From Escherichia coli (GTDB lineage: Bacteria; Pseudomonadota; Gammaproteobacteria; Enterobacterales; Enterobacteriaceae), in the NCBI RefSeq assembly GCF_003334785.1, contig NZ_QOWV01000083.1: DNA of 557 nucleotides, one strand, 5' to 3'. Below the pieces are notes generated by a model that ran no database searches, was not told the origin of the DNA, and was given only the letters and a program-made list of their open reading frames with translations. The first letter of the stretch is position 1; each line of letters starts with the position of its first letter. The translations under genes and the position numbers were made by a program. Below are positions 1-557 of this stretch, one piece after another.

Positions 1-557
1 CACCGTATTGACGCTTATTTATTGGTGAGTACTACGTTCCATGGCAGGAGTTCGTCAACACGGTTGGAGGGCCATTCCGGCAGTACGCTCAGAATATGGC
101 GCAGATACGCTTCCGGATCGATACCGTTCAGACGGCAGGTGCCGATCAGCCCGTACAGCAGTGCTCCACGCTCGCCGCCGTGATCGCTACCGAAGAACAC
201 GTAATTTTTCTTTCCGAGACAGACTGCACGAAGCGCTCTTTCCGCTGTGTTATTGTCCACCTCCGCCAGACCGTCATCACTGTAATAACAGAGGGCGTCC
301 CACTGATTCAGTACATAGCTGAACGCTTCGCCCAGTCTGGATTTTTTCGACAGCGTGCCATTCTTCTCCACCATCCATTCATGCAGCGACGTCAGTAACG
401 CTTTGCTTCGCTGCTGCCTGGCTGCAAGACGCTCTGACTCTGGTAATCCCCGTATTTCATCCTCGATGGCGTACAGTTCACTGATTCGCTTCAGGGCTTC
501 TTCTGCCGTCGCACTTTTGCTGCTGATGTATACATCGTGGATTTTTCGCCGGGCATG
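1..557 (-). mobile_element. Internal fragment of an IS66-family insertion sequence (3' part of the transposase gene plus 14 nt of downstream sequence); element ends not in window
   Basis: Inference from the transposase CDS filling the window. No terminal inverted repeat, target-site duplication or the upstream tnpA/tnpB-type ORFs can be seen within 557 bp, so the element boundaries and the specific IS name cannot be assigned. Confidence 0.8.
15..557 (-). CDS. tnpC: IS66-family transposase (TnpC/orf3-type), C-terminal portion; 5'-partial because the frame runs off the right edge of the window; stop codon TAA at 15..17
   Basis: Seen in sequence: my hand translation of the minus strand in the same frame as the 15..374 ORF stays open from 557 to 375 with no stop, giving HARRKIHDVYISSKSATAEEALKRISELYAIEDEIRGLPESERLAARQQRSKALLTSLHEWM joined directly to the track ORF (MVEKNGTLSKK...DNNTAERALRAVCLGKKNYVFFGSDHGGERGALLYGLIGTCRLNGIDPEAYLRHILSVLPEWPSNRVDELLPWNVVLTNK*). 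Established knowledge, recalled from memory and not database-verified: the HARR(K/R) motif, the NN-AER-LR ... K-N-LF-GS--GGER block, the LNG-DP--YL segment and the LLPWN C-terminal tail are hallmark conserved segments of IS66-family transposases such as IS66 and ISEc8-like elements. The symbol tnpC is the conventional name for this ORF type, not a specific element assignment. Confidence 0.9.
   Translation of the reverse strand, partial: HARRKIHDVYISSKSATAEEALKRISELYAIEDEIRGLPESERLAARQQRSKALLTSLHEWMVEKNGTLSKKSRLGEAFSYVLNQWDALCYYSDDGLAEVDNNTAERALRAVCLGKKNYVFFGSDHGGERGALLYGLIGTCRLNGIDPEAYLRHILSVLPEWPSNRVDELLPWNVVLTNK

Noticed and set aside
41-322. Plus-strand ORF of 93 aa (MAGVRQHGWRAIPAVRSEYGADTLPDRYRSDGRCRSARTAVLHARRRDRYRRTRNFSFRDRLHEALFPLCYCPPPPDRHHCNNRGRPTDSVHS)
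   Set aside because: It lies entirely antisense to the strongly supported transposase CDS. Its composition is arginine- and proline-rich and low in complexity, as expected when reading the reverse strand of a coding region, and it resembles no protein family I recognise.
372-374. The ATG (minus strand) used by the ORF track as the start of the 119-aa protein
   Set aside because: The frame remains open upstream to the window edge and the upstream translation is conserved transposase sequence, so this Met is internal rather than an independent start for a small C-terminal protein.
96-398. Plus-strand ORF of 100 aa (MAQIRFRIDTVQTAGADQPVQQCSTL...)
   Set aside because: It is also antisense to the transposase gene and overlaps the other plus-strand ORF in a different frame. 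It has no recognisable motifs and no evident ribosome-binding site, so it is most likely a chance open frame.
1-557. Possibility that the window hides a novel defence or accessory system
   Set aside because: Every base is accounted for by one IS66-family transposase gene fragment. There is no unexplained intergenic space, repeat array, structured RNA candidate or additional coding frame, so claiming a novel system would be unsupported.

Overview
The whole 557-bp window lies inside a single minus-strand gene encoding the C-terminal part of an IS66-family transposase (the large TnpC/orf3-type protein of IS66-like insertion sequences). The reading frame is open from the right edge of the window (557) down to a TAA stop at 15..17, so the CDS is truncated at its 5' end by the window boundary and the provided ORF track (15..374) underestimates it by starting at an internal Met. 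Only 14 nt lie downstream of the stop, so no terminal inverted repeat or insertion junction is visible. I see no RNA gene, CRISPR array, promoter or novel system: this is an internal fragment of a well-known mobile element, and the two plus-strand ORFs in the track are antisense artefacts.
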